A stretch of DNA of 64,000 nucleotides from contig NW_024704742.1 in the NCBI RefSeq assembly GCF_018977255.1, positions 103,356,001-103,420,000 on the forward strand, given 5' to 3'. The notes under the pieces were generated by a model. That model was not told the DNA's origin, searched no databases, and saw only the letters and a list, made by a program, of their open reading frames with translations. The stretch comes from Callorhinchus milii (Eukaryota). Both the position numbers and the translations under genes were made by a program. Position 1 is the stretch's first letter, and every line of letters begins with the position of its first letter. Shown here piece after piece: positions 1 through 11,741 of this stretch.

Positions 1-1273
1 AAAGGCAAATCTTGCCTAACAAATCTAATAGAATTTTTTGAAGAGGTGACTGCAAGGGTTGATGAAGGAAATGCGGTGGACGTTATTTATATGGATTTCA
101 AAAAGGCTTTTGACACAGTACCGCATAAGAGATTAATACAAAAATTAGAGGCTCACGGTATTAAGGGGACAGTGGCAGTTTGGATTAAGAACTGGCTGAG
201 TGACAGAAAGCAGAGGGTGGTGGTTAATGGGTGTTTCTCGAAATGGAAAAAAGGTGTGCAGCGGTGCCCCCAGGGATCGGTATTGGGACCACTGCTCTTT
301 CTAATATATATTACTGATCTGGACTTGGGCATAGAGAGCACCATTTCCAAATTTGCAGATGATACAATGTTAGGTAGGGTAGTAAATAGTGAGGAGGACT
401 GTAACCAATTGCAAGCAGACATACACAGAATGGTGGAATGGGCTGACATGTGGCAGATGGATTTCAATGTGGATAAGTGTGAGGTGATACACTTATGTAG
501 GAAAAATGATAGGAGGCAATATAGACTTGGTAGCTCAATCTTAAGGGGGGTGAACGTACAGAGAGATCTGGGTGTTCAAGTAAGCGAATCATTAAAGGTA
601 GTGGGGCAGGTAGATAAGGCAGTAAAAAAGGCATTTGGTGTACTGAGCTTTATTAGTAGGGGCATAGAGTATAAGAGCAGGGAGGTTATGGTTAATCTAT
701 ACAAAACACTGGTTAGGCCTCAGCTGGAGTACTGCATCCAGTTCTGGGCACCTTACTTCAGGAAGGACATTAAGGCACTGGAAAGGGTGCAGAGGAGATT
801 CACAAGAATGATAACAGGAATGGGGAACCTTAGCTATGAGGACAGGCTGGAGAAGTTAGGACTTTTCCCATTAGAGCAGAGAAGGTTACGCGGGGACCTG
901 ATAGAGGTCTTCAAGATCATGAAAGGTTTCGACAGGCGAGATAAGGAAAAGCTGTTTCCGCTGTTTCACGTGGTCACAGTCTTACGATATCTACCAAAGG
1001 AAGCAGAGGGGAGGTTAGAAGAAATTTTTTCACTCAGCGAGTTGTTCAAATTTGGAATGATCTGCCTGAAAGGGTAGTGAAGTCCGATTCGTTAACAGCT
1101 TTTAAGAGAGAACTGGATAGGTATCTGGGGAAGATGGGTTTGCAGGGTTATGGGGAGAAAGCTGGTGATTGGGGTTAGTGAAAGTGACTTGCTCTGTCAA
1201 AGAGCTGGCACAGATTCGATGGGCCGAATGGCCTCTTTCTGTGCCGTAACATTCTATGAATCTATGAATCTAT
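1..1273 (+). mobile_element. CR1 LINE, 3' part (RT C-terminal half + 3'UTR), defective
   Basis: ORF 46-1077 has CR1 RT motifs (YMDFKKAFDTVPH, PQGSVLGPLLF, FADDT, LVRPQLEYC, RRLRGDLIEVFKI). Frameshift near 960; ends in a TCTATGAA-type repeat tail. Confidence 0.95.
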
Positions 1274-1529
1274 AAGAATGTCTCTGGAAATAAAATCGGG
1301 ATTGGAAAGGTCCCTATTGTTGCCAAAATGTTTAAGCAATTAAGGATTTCCATGCTGATACTGGACATCATCATACTGGACTGACATCAGTTCTCAAATT
1401 GGCATCAGTCAGAATAATTCATAGATGCCATATGCTTTGTAGTTCCCTGGCGTGGACAGATGGTTTTCCTGCTTAATGCCACCATTGAATAAAGACTGTT
1501 TCATCACCAGCACATTTGACTTAATAACA

Positions 1530-2188
1530 TTTAAAGATAGGTTACATGAGGTCTCTGTGGTTTTAAGGAGTGAAGCGGGGTGATGTCCAGAGGAGTAGAA
1601 AATAAAAATAGGTAGGTAATGTTAGATTTATATAAAATCTTAAAGACACTACATTTGGAGTACTCGGCACAATTATGGTTGACGTGATATAGGAAGGATA
1701 TTGTAGCATTGGAGTACTGCATAAATTTATAAAGATCTTACCAAGGATGAGTGGATACAGCTAACAAGAAAGATTGGACAGATTTTTTTCTCTCCAGAGA
1801 TGAGACGATTGAGATGAGATCTAATAGAAGTATGTAAGATTCTGAAAGGGTTCAGTAAGGTGAACGATAATAAGCAGCTGGTGAATTCGAAATGAGAAGG
1901 CATAAATATAAGATATCTTGTAGCAGATCTGAAAGGGCGTTAAGGAAGAATGTCTTCATGCAGAGGGTGCTGGAATGTGGAACTCATTTTGGAAGCTTTA
2001 GTTGAAGCAAAACACATCAATGTATTTAAAGCGAAACTTGATTCCTACATGAGGGACAAATTAATAGATGGGTATATAAGAGGGGAATAGGAAGGGTGGG
2101 GATTTGGGTGCAGGATAAGCAGCGGTACGGAGCAGTTGGGCTGAATGGCCAGTTTCCATCCTGTATCATTCTATGTAATTCTATCATT
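1530..2188 (+). mobile_element. Old CR1 LINE 3' fragment
   Basis: Degraded match to the 3' part of the 1-1273 copy; ttctatgtaattctatc tail. Confidence 0.8.
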
Positions 2189-2477
2189 CCTGTAGTCCTA
2201 ATATCGACAAATAGAAATATTTTAGGATTTTACATAATAATTCAACTTCAGTAATTTAAATAGAAGTGAAGTAAATTAGAATTAGTCGTCTATCTAATAC
2301 AAAGAATTAAAATCCTTGTGCTTTTGGAGAGGAAAATGTCATATCTGATTATAGTAGGTAACCGGGCTTTAGAATTGGGCTAACATGTATGATATTGCAG
2401 CAGTGTAAGGAAATCTGGTTGATTTGGGCTGGAGAGGAACTCTTTGTGTTCTGGAATGTCTCTAGGATTTCATTGGG

Positions 2478-2792
2478 GTTGTTTGCCCTCAAAGCCCTCC
2501 ATGGCCTTGCTCCTCCCAACCTCTGTGACCTGCTAACTCTATAAAGACCTGTCCGCTCCCTCTACTCAGCGGGCTACAACCTGCTTCATGTCCCCCACCA
2601 GCCTGCCCCACCATCAGCGTCAAGCATTCAGCCTTTCTGCCCCCACTCTTTGGAACTCCATCCCGTAGTCCCTTCGCCTCGCCCCCTCTCTTGCCTCCTT
2701 TTCAACTGCATCTTCATCACCATCTTACCCTACCCTCCACCCCTCCTTATCCCACGTTGAAAGGCACTATACAAATGCAATTTGTTGTTGTT
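2478..2792 (+). mobile_element. L2 LINE 3' fragment
   Basis: Encodes KALHGLAP..LCDLL; ends atacaaatgcaatttgttgttg. Confidence 0.8.
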
Positions 2793-3436
2793 TCTTTCAA
2801 TTCAGTAACTTGAACCAACAGCAAGCATCATGGTCTCAGCTCGTGATAAGAGGTTGCTATGATCCTTGGAGAGCAGTTAATGGTCATTACCATGTTTTAG
2901 TAGCAAAGTCGGCATTAAAACTTACATTTACTATGCAGATGAGAAGATAACATTTTGATCGGGAGGTAGATACTAAAACAGGTTTTTGAGTTTATGTACA
3001 CATGGATTGGGGCTAGCAGTGAAAAAGTATCACTGGTCTCAGACATTTTGAACCATGGTCTATGTGATGATTACTTTCAGATAAAATCAGGTTTAATATT
3101 TTGGATTCTGATCATGGCATTTTAATTTCCCAATGGTTTGTGGGAAATTCACAGTTTGTGTCAACAACAATACTTTAGACAAGGAGGCAGATGGCAATGT
3201 TTCTAACTGAAATTGATTTCTCCATTTTTGACATGATTTAGTGAGGTAAAGGTAGAAAAGAGCAGATTATTAGTGCACCACATAAAAATCCCTATATGAG
3301 ATAATCCTTGCATTTGATATAGCTCCTTATCACATTCTTGAGATTTCTCAAGCGTACGGAATTTGCTGTAGAGTAGTTACTGCATTTGAGGCAAACTTGG
3401 CAGCTGTTTTGCCCACAGCTATAATTGCATTTGTGC

Positions 3437-3516
3437 TATAATCTGACCCACGATATAATGTGACCCACACTATAATCTGACCCATGCTATAATGTGACTC
3501 GTTCTATAGTCTGAGC
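3437..3516. repeat. 17-bp minisatellite (about 4.7 units)
   Basis: tataatctgacccacga / tataatgtgacccacac / tataatctgacccatgc / tataatgtgactcgttc / tatagtctgagc. Confidence 0.85.
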
Positions 3517-4392
3517 TATTATCTGCACCAAACAGAATTTCTGGGCTCAACTATAATTAGTTGAAGGCTTTTTTTGGTCAATGTGATTTAAATTTAAACA
3601 TTTTCCTGAAAGAGTAGTTTTGCCATCAGGATCGTTTCGAAGTACAGAATTTATGAATGAATGTAGGTCATCACAGCTATATTTTCAATTTCCTGTTTAA
3701 ACATGAATTGCTGATAAGTTAACCTGGAGGGGTTGCTGTCCTAACAACATGAAGGAGCTGAACTAACATGCGCATCTGAGAGGATGCTATGGCTGGAGGA
3801 CCATGGCTAATAGTTGCATGTCCACTCATGTTATTTCAGGTCTCTCAAACTGGCAGACTCGGAAACACAGTTCCTTGGATGAAGGCATGAGCCCTTCATG
3901 TTTTAAACAAAATATTCAAATTAAAATTAATCCTGTTTGTGATTTGCCGATTAACTCCAGTACCCACTGACTCCCATTTACAGATCACCACAGCGGAGGC
4001 AATTCCAACACAGGAGCTGGATTCAGCCAAATGTGAAGGAAGGCAGAGTGCAAGATAACTACATGATCCACAATACAGGACCATTTGTTTTCTTCAAGTA
4101 TGAAACCAATGTGTGTTTGTTACAGTCTCATGCAGCTGAAAACATTTATTTCAGCTTCTCCACCCCTCCCCTTCAGGAAAGTGGTTGTTGCAAGTTGAAT
4201 GATTCTACAAAATACATAGTGATTACGCTTTTTCGGTACTTTGTAGCCAGAACTGTCAAGCACTCTGGGACACTTTCTAACAAGAAAGGCAGTATGTCAG
4301 ATGCAAGAATTATTAATAATTTCCTCTGATATTAAACAATTAGTGCTGTTTCAGATTAATTTAATTTTTAGCTAGGAATTCTTTCTGTAGAT

Positions 4393-4605
4393 ATAATAAT
4401 AAATAATAATAATAATCCTTGCATTTGATACAACGCTTTTCACGTCCTCTAGACATCTCAAAGCGCTCCACAGAATATACTGTAAAGTAAATTGACTATA
4501 CTTGTGGTGAAACGCGGCAGCCAATTTATATATAATATAATATGATATATATATGATTGATATATAATGCATATATATATATATATAGATTATGTATTAT
4601 ATATC
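4393..4605 (-). mobile_element. 5'-truncated SINE 3' end adjoining a (TA)n-rich microsatellite
   Basis: aataataatccttgcatttgata...gcggcagccaatt, same tail as the full SINE copies, followed by an imperfect (TA)n tract. Confidence 0.8.
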
Positions 4606-6039
4606 AACTGTTCTTAAGTGTGTTAAATTCTGGTGCATCTAGTTTGGTCTCCTATACAGAGTGTACATGGTAGAATTATGACAAATGAGTTGCCCTTGGT
4701 TTTCCAGTCTTTGAACAGCAGTTGTATATCAGTTTCAGTGAATAGGTCTGAACTCTAACTGATTACTTTGTTGGTGGCATAGCATTGCCTGTTGTATTTT
4801 CCTGCTTATTATATTGCAAATTGGATTTTTAAAATATAAAATGTTTCTAGAAGATCACTAAATAAATCAGTTTGATTTGTACTCATATGCATGTATTATA
4901 CATTGATATAAAACAGCCGAATTGTATCGTGGATTACAGGCTCACTAAGTTGTTTGTTTGGTTAAATGTGTTTGGATACAATCACTATATTTTATAGTGA
5001 CTCCTATGAAGCACGTTAAGACAGCCTCCTGATGTGAAAGATGCTATATCAAATATAAGGATTATCATCGTTGTTAAACACACATCCAAGTTCTGAATAG
5101 TAGCGCCCAAACCTGGCTCAACCCTTCAACCATCTTGGATTCACCGTTAGAGGAGATCAGTTTGAGCAACAAAAAGGGCCATTGCAAGCTTGTTTAGTGG
5201 AAATCTTTGGGCAATCTGAGTTAAAATTATCATAATCTGCGTAAAATGCTGCACTTGGAAGGATAGGTGGAAAAATACCTGTTCTGTGTGGGTGGAAAGA
5301 TACTGATGTGCTTCGCATGGATCACCTGTATAGTTCAAGATGTGGTAGACAGTGGTTTAAGGTGACTGACAACACCTGCCTCTGTGATTTATAATGGTGA
5401 GAGGATGATTCTTACCACTCTGTTATATGTACTGGTCATAGGCTTTTACTGGCACTTTCCCAAAAGAGAGCACTGACTACAAGTTGCTTCAGTGCTGCTG
5501 AAAAGATCTGATGGCAATTTTCACTGTGCATCCCATCTGCTAGCCTCTTGTTCTGCAGCACTAACAATTGAGAACTCCCACTTTATATGAAGCTCCAATT
5601 ATTTATCAGAACCATTACCAGTCTTGCATTATAGTCCCAGTCAACTCATCATGTATAACACAACATTATATAAGTTCTTTCCAATGTCCTTTACTGAATT
5701 GCCAGCTTCAAGGCAATAGCGAACTGCAGAGCACGTCACCAAATTATAAGCTTCAAGATAAATCTTGGTCCCTCATAGGATAATTATTCATTAATGACTT
5801 AATTATTCTTAAAAGATAATTAAATGTTTTTCAGATTCCAGCTAACAGAAAGCCCCCTTCAGGATACACCATCTGTGAGCATTTCTCCATGAGCCATTCT
5901 TTGAACTGCTCGACATACAGTAAAACTCCAGTGCCTCGATGGTACAAGCCAGAGTGCTTGGCAATTCTCATCCAAAGTTAGTTATCACATTGTAAATGTC
6001 AAACCAATTGTGTACTTGAGTGAAAGTGGGACACACCTG

Positions 6040-6165
6040 CATGCAATTGGCTGCCGCGTTTTGCCTACAAAAATAGTCAATTCACGTTACAGAATATTCT
6101 GTGAAGCGTTTTAAGACGTTTTGAAGACGTGATGAGGCGCTATATCAAATGCAAGGATTATTATA
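6040..6165 (+). mobile_element. 5'-truncated SINE 3' end
   Basis: caattggctgccgcg...gcgctatatcaaatgcaaggattatt. Confidence 0.8.
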
Positions 6166-6941
6166 TAACAAAGTAGCATACACAAGTAGCAGTGATCCAC
6201 ATACCATGTACTTTTGACTTCAGAGGTTGACATTTCTCATGGTCTTGAGATTGTTGGAAACTCCTTAAATTCAACCTTCAATTTGACGTTTGATTGATAC
6301 TTTCGTTTTAAAACTGACTTTTCAGACTTCACTGTTGAGAATCATGTGGGAGGAATCGCAGGAAACAAGATGGAAAATCAAGGCTGGTTCAATTGTTACT
6401 CTCCTCTATCAAGTAATATCACCTTTGGATTGAAGCCAGAATTGCAAACTCCAGAATTTCAGACACTCAGAGTAGGTAATAGATTGGAGTGATGAATGGG
6501 CGACATAAATATTCAGTAGCCTCCTTCTCTCTTTCTGTCTTTCTTTCACTTTCCAAGCACTCTTCTGAATCCATGGGTTTCCCTTCACTGTCGGACCATT
6601 TTTCATGGTTCTCAGCCTTGAAGACCAGTTCTCAGTTTGGGAGCTTCAGGCTCAGCAAATTCTCATAATTTTAACAAGAGGCAAAAGAGGTCTGACATTT
6701 CACCTAGCCTATAAGAAAATTTTGCTTTAAAATATCAAATCGTGCAAAACGTAGGAGCGAGACGATTGTCTATTATTCTCTGTTTATTTTGACAGATTAC
6801 ATCCTATAAAGACAAATGTAATGAAAGTTTAATGTGTTTACATGGTGGAAATGAATTGTTTCAGTAGTGCATGCATAATTTGAGCAGATTTCCGTTGGAG
6901 AAAACCGGTTGGAATGTCAGACATGGTTACCATGCTAAATA

Positions 6942-7348
6942 GCAACAACAACAAATTACATTACATTTGTTTAGTATAACAAAATGCAAAATACCGCAGA
7001 TGCTTTCGATGTGACTTTCGTTCTCCAGCATCTACATTTTTTTAGTGCCTTTCACATCCGGAGGACATCGAAAGCGCTGGAAATCAAGGATTTTCACCCG
7101 AGCTGATGGTTGAGATCGGGAGGGGTGGAGAGTAGGAGGCTGACTTAAGGCATGGTCAACGAGGAAGGTATTGAAGGAGACAAGGCTGGGGCTGAGGCAA
7201 AGAGACTGTGAGATGGAGTTCAGAGGGTGGGGCAGAAAGGCTGAAGGCCTGACTTGGAGCAGGCCAGAGTCTGTGGAGCGGAGGGAAGCAGTCACAGAGG
7301 TAGGAGCAAGACCATGGGGGGCTTTGAAATCGAGGATGAGGATGACCT
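6942..7348 (-). mobile_element. L2 3' fragment interrupted by a 57-bp insert
   Basis: (caa)n tail at 6942; L2 coding remnant to about 7348; insert 6976-7032 flanked by a 14-bp duplication. Confidence 0.75.
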
Positions 7349-7983
7349 CATAAATATACTTTATGTATTTATGTATTTAATTTTTATGACTATTTCATGC
7401 CCGTCTTACTTCAAAGATGGTTAGAGTTCTGAAGGTATTAAATTTGAATGGGCATTACAGATGAGCTAAAAAAAAGGCAGATTTGGTCATGACATGTAGT
7501 CTATCTATATTAACTATGACTGCAAGCTAAACGTTAGCTAAATTTGCATAATTTTAGACATTTTGCACATTACAATGTATGATATTGGTAATAATTCAAT
7601 TACATAATCTAATTCTAATTTACTAACATTGAATTATTGTATCCTGAAGAGCTTTTAATTTAATTAATTTGATAAGTTTTTCATGAAGCGGTGACATTCC
7701 CTGACCATAGTTATTTCCAAATTCTGGTAACTGTGCCATTATCGTCTTCTCCCCTTCATTCTCTGCCTCTGCTGCTACAGACATAAAGAAAGAGAGATAC
7801 AATTATGATGTAGAGGAGAGTTCAGCAGTCTGCAATAAGTAGGATCATCTCTTGTTTTGTAGTGATCCCAACCATAGGATGAAATCAGTTAATGGTGTAA
7901 TTATATAACACTGAAGAACTTTTTTAAAAAAGGAAGCACCTCAAACAGACAAAAACAACATCATGCTGTAAGGACTGAAGTTA

Positions 7984-8295
7984 ATAAATAACAATCCTTG
8001 CATTTGATTATAGCACCAATAACCAAAAAGCACATCACACATCTAATTGCTCAGTGATGTTTGTATTTGTAGGCAAACACAACAGCCAGTTTACACACAG
8101 CAAGATACTATAAACAGTGGATGATGAATTTATCTGGAGGTTTATTGACCAGGACCTCTGGAAAAACTCTTCTCTTTTTGAATACTATCTTATTAACTTA
8201 GCACAGCTCCCAAGCATTCAAACCCTGGTGGAGGAATGAACCCACAACCGTTCAATCAAGAGGCAGGAGTGCTACCAAATGAGTCAAACTGATGT
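7984..8295 (-). mobile_element. Degraded Deu-type SINE
   Basis: SINE tail at 7984 and tRNA-like head near 8235-8290; similar to 61854-62293 with deletions. Confidence 0.6.
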
Positions 8296-9017
8296 TTCGA
8301 TTCAGCTTGTGGAGTTGTGATGTGAAGCAAAGTTCATACTGTTGAGGGATCTGTCCACTACCATATTGTCTGAATCCCTGTTCCTTTAAATAATACATGG
8401 ATTTTTTTTCTAGTATTTGCTATTTTTCTCACAGATCAGGAAATTGCTGTTGGTACAGGAACCTCCCTCCACATTGTGATGATTTTAATTTGAAATGCCA
8501 GAAAGATAATTTGGGGCACCCTACTGAAATCACAGTGAGGGGAATTATTAGACTTTTCAGAATTTGGGTTTCTTTTTAAATTCTGCGAAATTAACAGGAC
8601 GCCGTTTCAAGTACTAATTAGACTAATTGCTTCTGACTATGAAATGTGCTGACAAACCCCCAGTGAATGTTTCACTCAGCTTACTTGGGGACATTTGCAT
8701 TGCAAGTACAAGCCCTACTTACCTCTCAGCTCATTAACTTCGAGGTTAAATTGATATCGAGCGTGAAAAATATTAAACATGTGTAGCTATTCAGCACACT
8801 AGCAGGTCAAAAATCTACTTATCAAAAAAAAATGTCATTAGCTAGGTGATGTTCATATGTAGCTATGGTTGTGCAGATTAGCACAATCACCACACAGAAA
8901 GTTGCCACGGGAATCTTTAACCTTTTGAAATGCTTTTCAATCTTTGAGGAATGGTATTTTCAGACCTAAAGTGTAATACAATTTCCAAGCTTTATTGTGT
9001 GTTTCATGCCATAACTC

Positions 9018-9698
9018 TTTCTGCCTTCCATCTCCTCCACAACATCGCCCGGCTCCGCCACTGCCTTACCCATCAGGCTGCCGAAATCCTCATCCATACA
9101 TTTGTTGCATCTAGGCTTGACTACGCCAAATCCCAGCGTGCCAGCCTTCCCAAATCTTCCCTCCATAAGCTGCAGATCAGCCAGAACTCTACAGCTCGTG
9201 TCTTCTTCCCACCAGGCTCCATGACCATATCCCTCCCACACACAATCACCCAGCTCTGCTGGCTTGCCATCCCCCAGAGGATAGAGTTAAAAATCCTTGT
9301 TCTCGCCTTCAAAGCCCTCCACGGCCTTGCTCCTTCCTACCTCTGTGACCTGCTAACACTATATCAACCTGTCCGCTTCCTCTGCTCAGCAGGCTCCAGC
9401 CTGTTCCACGTCCCCCTCCCACCCTATCATCCGCGTTCGGGTCTTCATCCTCTCTGCCGCCATCCTATAGAATTCCATACCAAAGTCCCTTCGCCTTGCT
9501 CCCTCCTTTGCCTCCTTCAAGGCACATCTCAAGATACCACTTTGACCATGCCTTCTGTCACCCTCTTACCCCTACCCTCCCTGCCCCCCACCCCTCTTGA
9601 TTCCAATGCCCTGCTTGGGTCCCAATGCTTGACTATACAGCACCTTGGGACGCTATCCCGATATGAAAGGCGCTATACAAATGTAATTTGTTGTTGTT
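9018..9698 (+). mobile_element. L2 LINE 3' fragment
   Basis: SAFHLLHNIARLR...AEILIHTFVASRLDY...LCWLAIPQRIELKILVLAFKALHGLAPSYL; (ttg)n tail. Confidence 0.92.
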
Positions 9699-10455
9699 TA
9701 TATAATATTACAGAGTCACACTGGTAGAATGTTCCAAGGTTCCTGGTGCTGAATAATTTGACCCCTGTTTAGATTTAAACATTACGCTTCATGTGATGTG
9801 GAGAATTGATTAGCCGCTTGGCTGTGTGAAAGTGCTCTGTTCCATTGTTGTTTGAAAGCCATGGTCATGACTTTCACTTTCTGGCTCCAATCTCTAGCTG
9901 AGATGTCAACAGTGTAAGAATTTCTCCCTTCTGGTAATTGACCTGCAACTGAATCAGATTGGTAAGGCAGGTTGCTAGCACAGTGGAAGCCAGAATCGGA
10001 GGTAGGGAAATGCAATAGGAGCTGGGACCTGAAACAGAGTGGGGATGTGGGTGGAAGGGAGAGTGTGATGGAATTTGCAGTTCCAAGATACTATCCTGCA
10101 TGAAGGAGGCTATATAAGCACAGCTTTTGTTTGTTGTTGTTGCAAAGCATTTAACCCATCTGTCACTATATGGGCTTGTGATAACTATTGATTGAATGGC
10201 GTAAAATATAATCTGAACCATTTATTTCAAAGCAGGAAGCCAGCAATTAGTGGATTGTGATGCAGAACCATGCCTACCATTCCCTGGGATGTGTTCACTG
10301 ACCCAATACAATGCTGCTTCCACAGTTTATATATATTTACTATTATTTGACAGGTTGGTTCCCTCCCATGGTGCTGCTGCCTGAGGTTCTCCAAAGTTGA
10401 TCCACAGTGTGCAGCTAAACTAGGGATTGAAACCAGGACCTTCCCAATCTATATA

Positions 10456-10832
10456 ATAAAAATAATAATATTCCTTACATTTGGTATAGCACCTTTCACA
10501 TCTGCAGGACAGTTCAAAATGCTTCACGGAATATACTGTAAAGTGCAGGGACTAATTTTTATGGGCAAAGATGGCAGCCAATTTGTGTACAGTAATGTCC
10601 AACAATCAGCCATGGAGTGATCCATGGGATCTTCAACCTCCACCTCAAAAGGTAGACAGGGCCTCGGTTTAATATCTCATCCAAAGAATGGCACCTCTCA
10701 CTAAGAAGCACACCCCCACCGCTGCATTGGAGTGTCAGCCTAGAGTTTATGAGTTCTAATTCCTGATGTGGGTCTTGAACCTACAACCTTCTGACTCCGA
10801 GCAAGAATGCTACCAAATAAGCCAGCCTGACA
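10456..10832 (-). mobile_element. Deu-domain tRNA SINE (SacSINE1/AmnSINE1-like)
   Basis: tRNA head (10770-10830), Deu-like core gatgagatattaaaccgaggccctgtct...gaagatcccatgg on the minus strand, L2-type tail. Confidence 0.8.
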
Positions 10833-11741
10833 CATGATGACTCAGCTAGCCGACAGTTGAAGTTCCCCTTTTTTTTCATCTTCCATTTCAAAACCATTAC
10901 CAGCAAAAAGCCTCCAGCAGCAAAAAGATTTTCTGTACATGTTAGATACATTAAGCGTATTATATTTTTAGAGTGCAAAATTCAACGAAAAAAGCTATCA
11001 AGGGTCAGGGAGCTACCCACATAATAATAAGAAGGGCATACTGCCTTCAGTGTTTCCCGAGGAAACTCGTTTGAATTCTGCAACATTGTTATTTAGCCAG
11101 TGAAATACTCCACATAGATCCTAGAGGGGTTCCCAAGTGTAATCAGTATTGAACGGCAGTGCAAGATTTCCTTCAAATAGACCGATGTTATTTGGCACTT
11201 AGGCTCAGTTTCCTACTTGATTTCTATCACGGTAAGTGCACACACCCTCTAATATATTGAAAGCACTATTGGACCCTGAACAAATCAGTTATTGAATTAA
11301 GTGTTAAAGTTTGTTTCACTTAGCTATTAGCCCAGTCAGCATATTGTTGAATGATTGAGTGTACAAAGAGCAGCATTTCAGAGAAACTGGAAAATCATGC
11401 TTCATTGAAATATATGGCTTTTTAGATTATTTTTAAATTTCTCTCCTCCTGCTCGGACACCAAACCTCCCCACCAACCCCTCCATCGTTTTCCCTCTCTG
11501 TCCTCAAGGCAATGATTCCTGTTGCTCTGCATTTACACAGCTCGTAAGATAAAAATTGGAGTGCCAGCTTTCTAACAGGAGGTGATGATTCATTGAACAT
11601 CCATGATAATGGATTAATTCAGCCAGAACTTTCTACACACCTTATGACCCATTAGATCAGCATTTCTCAAATGCAGCCACCATGACCGCATGCAGTCACC
11701 AGTGATTGTATACATCCACAGCAGCACCCCCACCCAGTCAA

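Noticed and set aside
46..1077. 343-aa ORF as a host or domesticated gene
   Set aside because: It is a CR1 RT fragment with internal frameshifts and a CR1 3' tail.
3437..3516. CRISPR-like array
   Set aside because: Head-to-tail repeats without unique spacers, in eukaryotic DNA.
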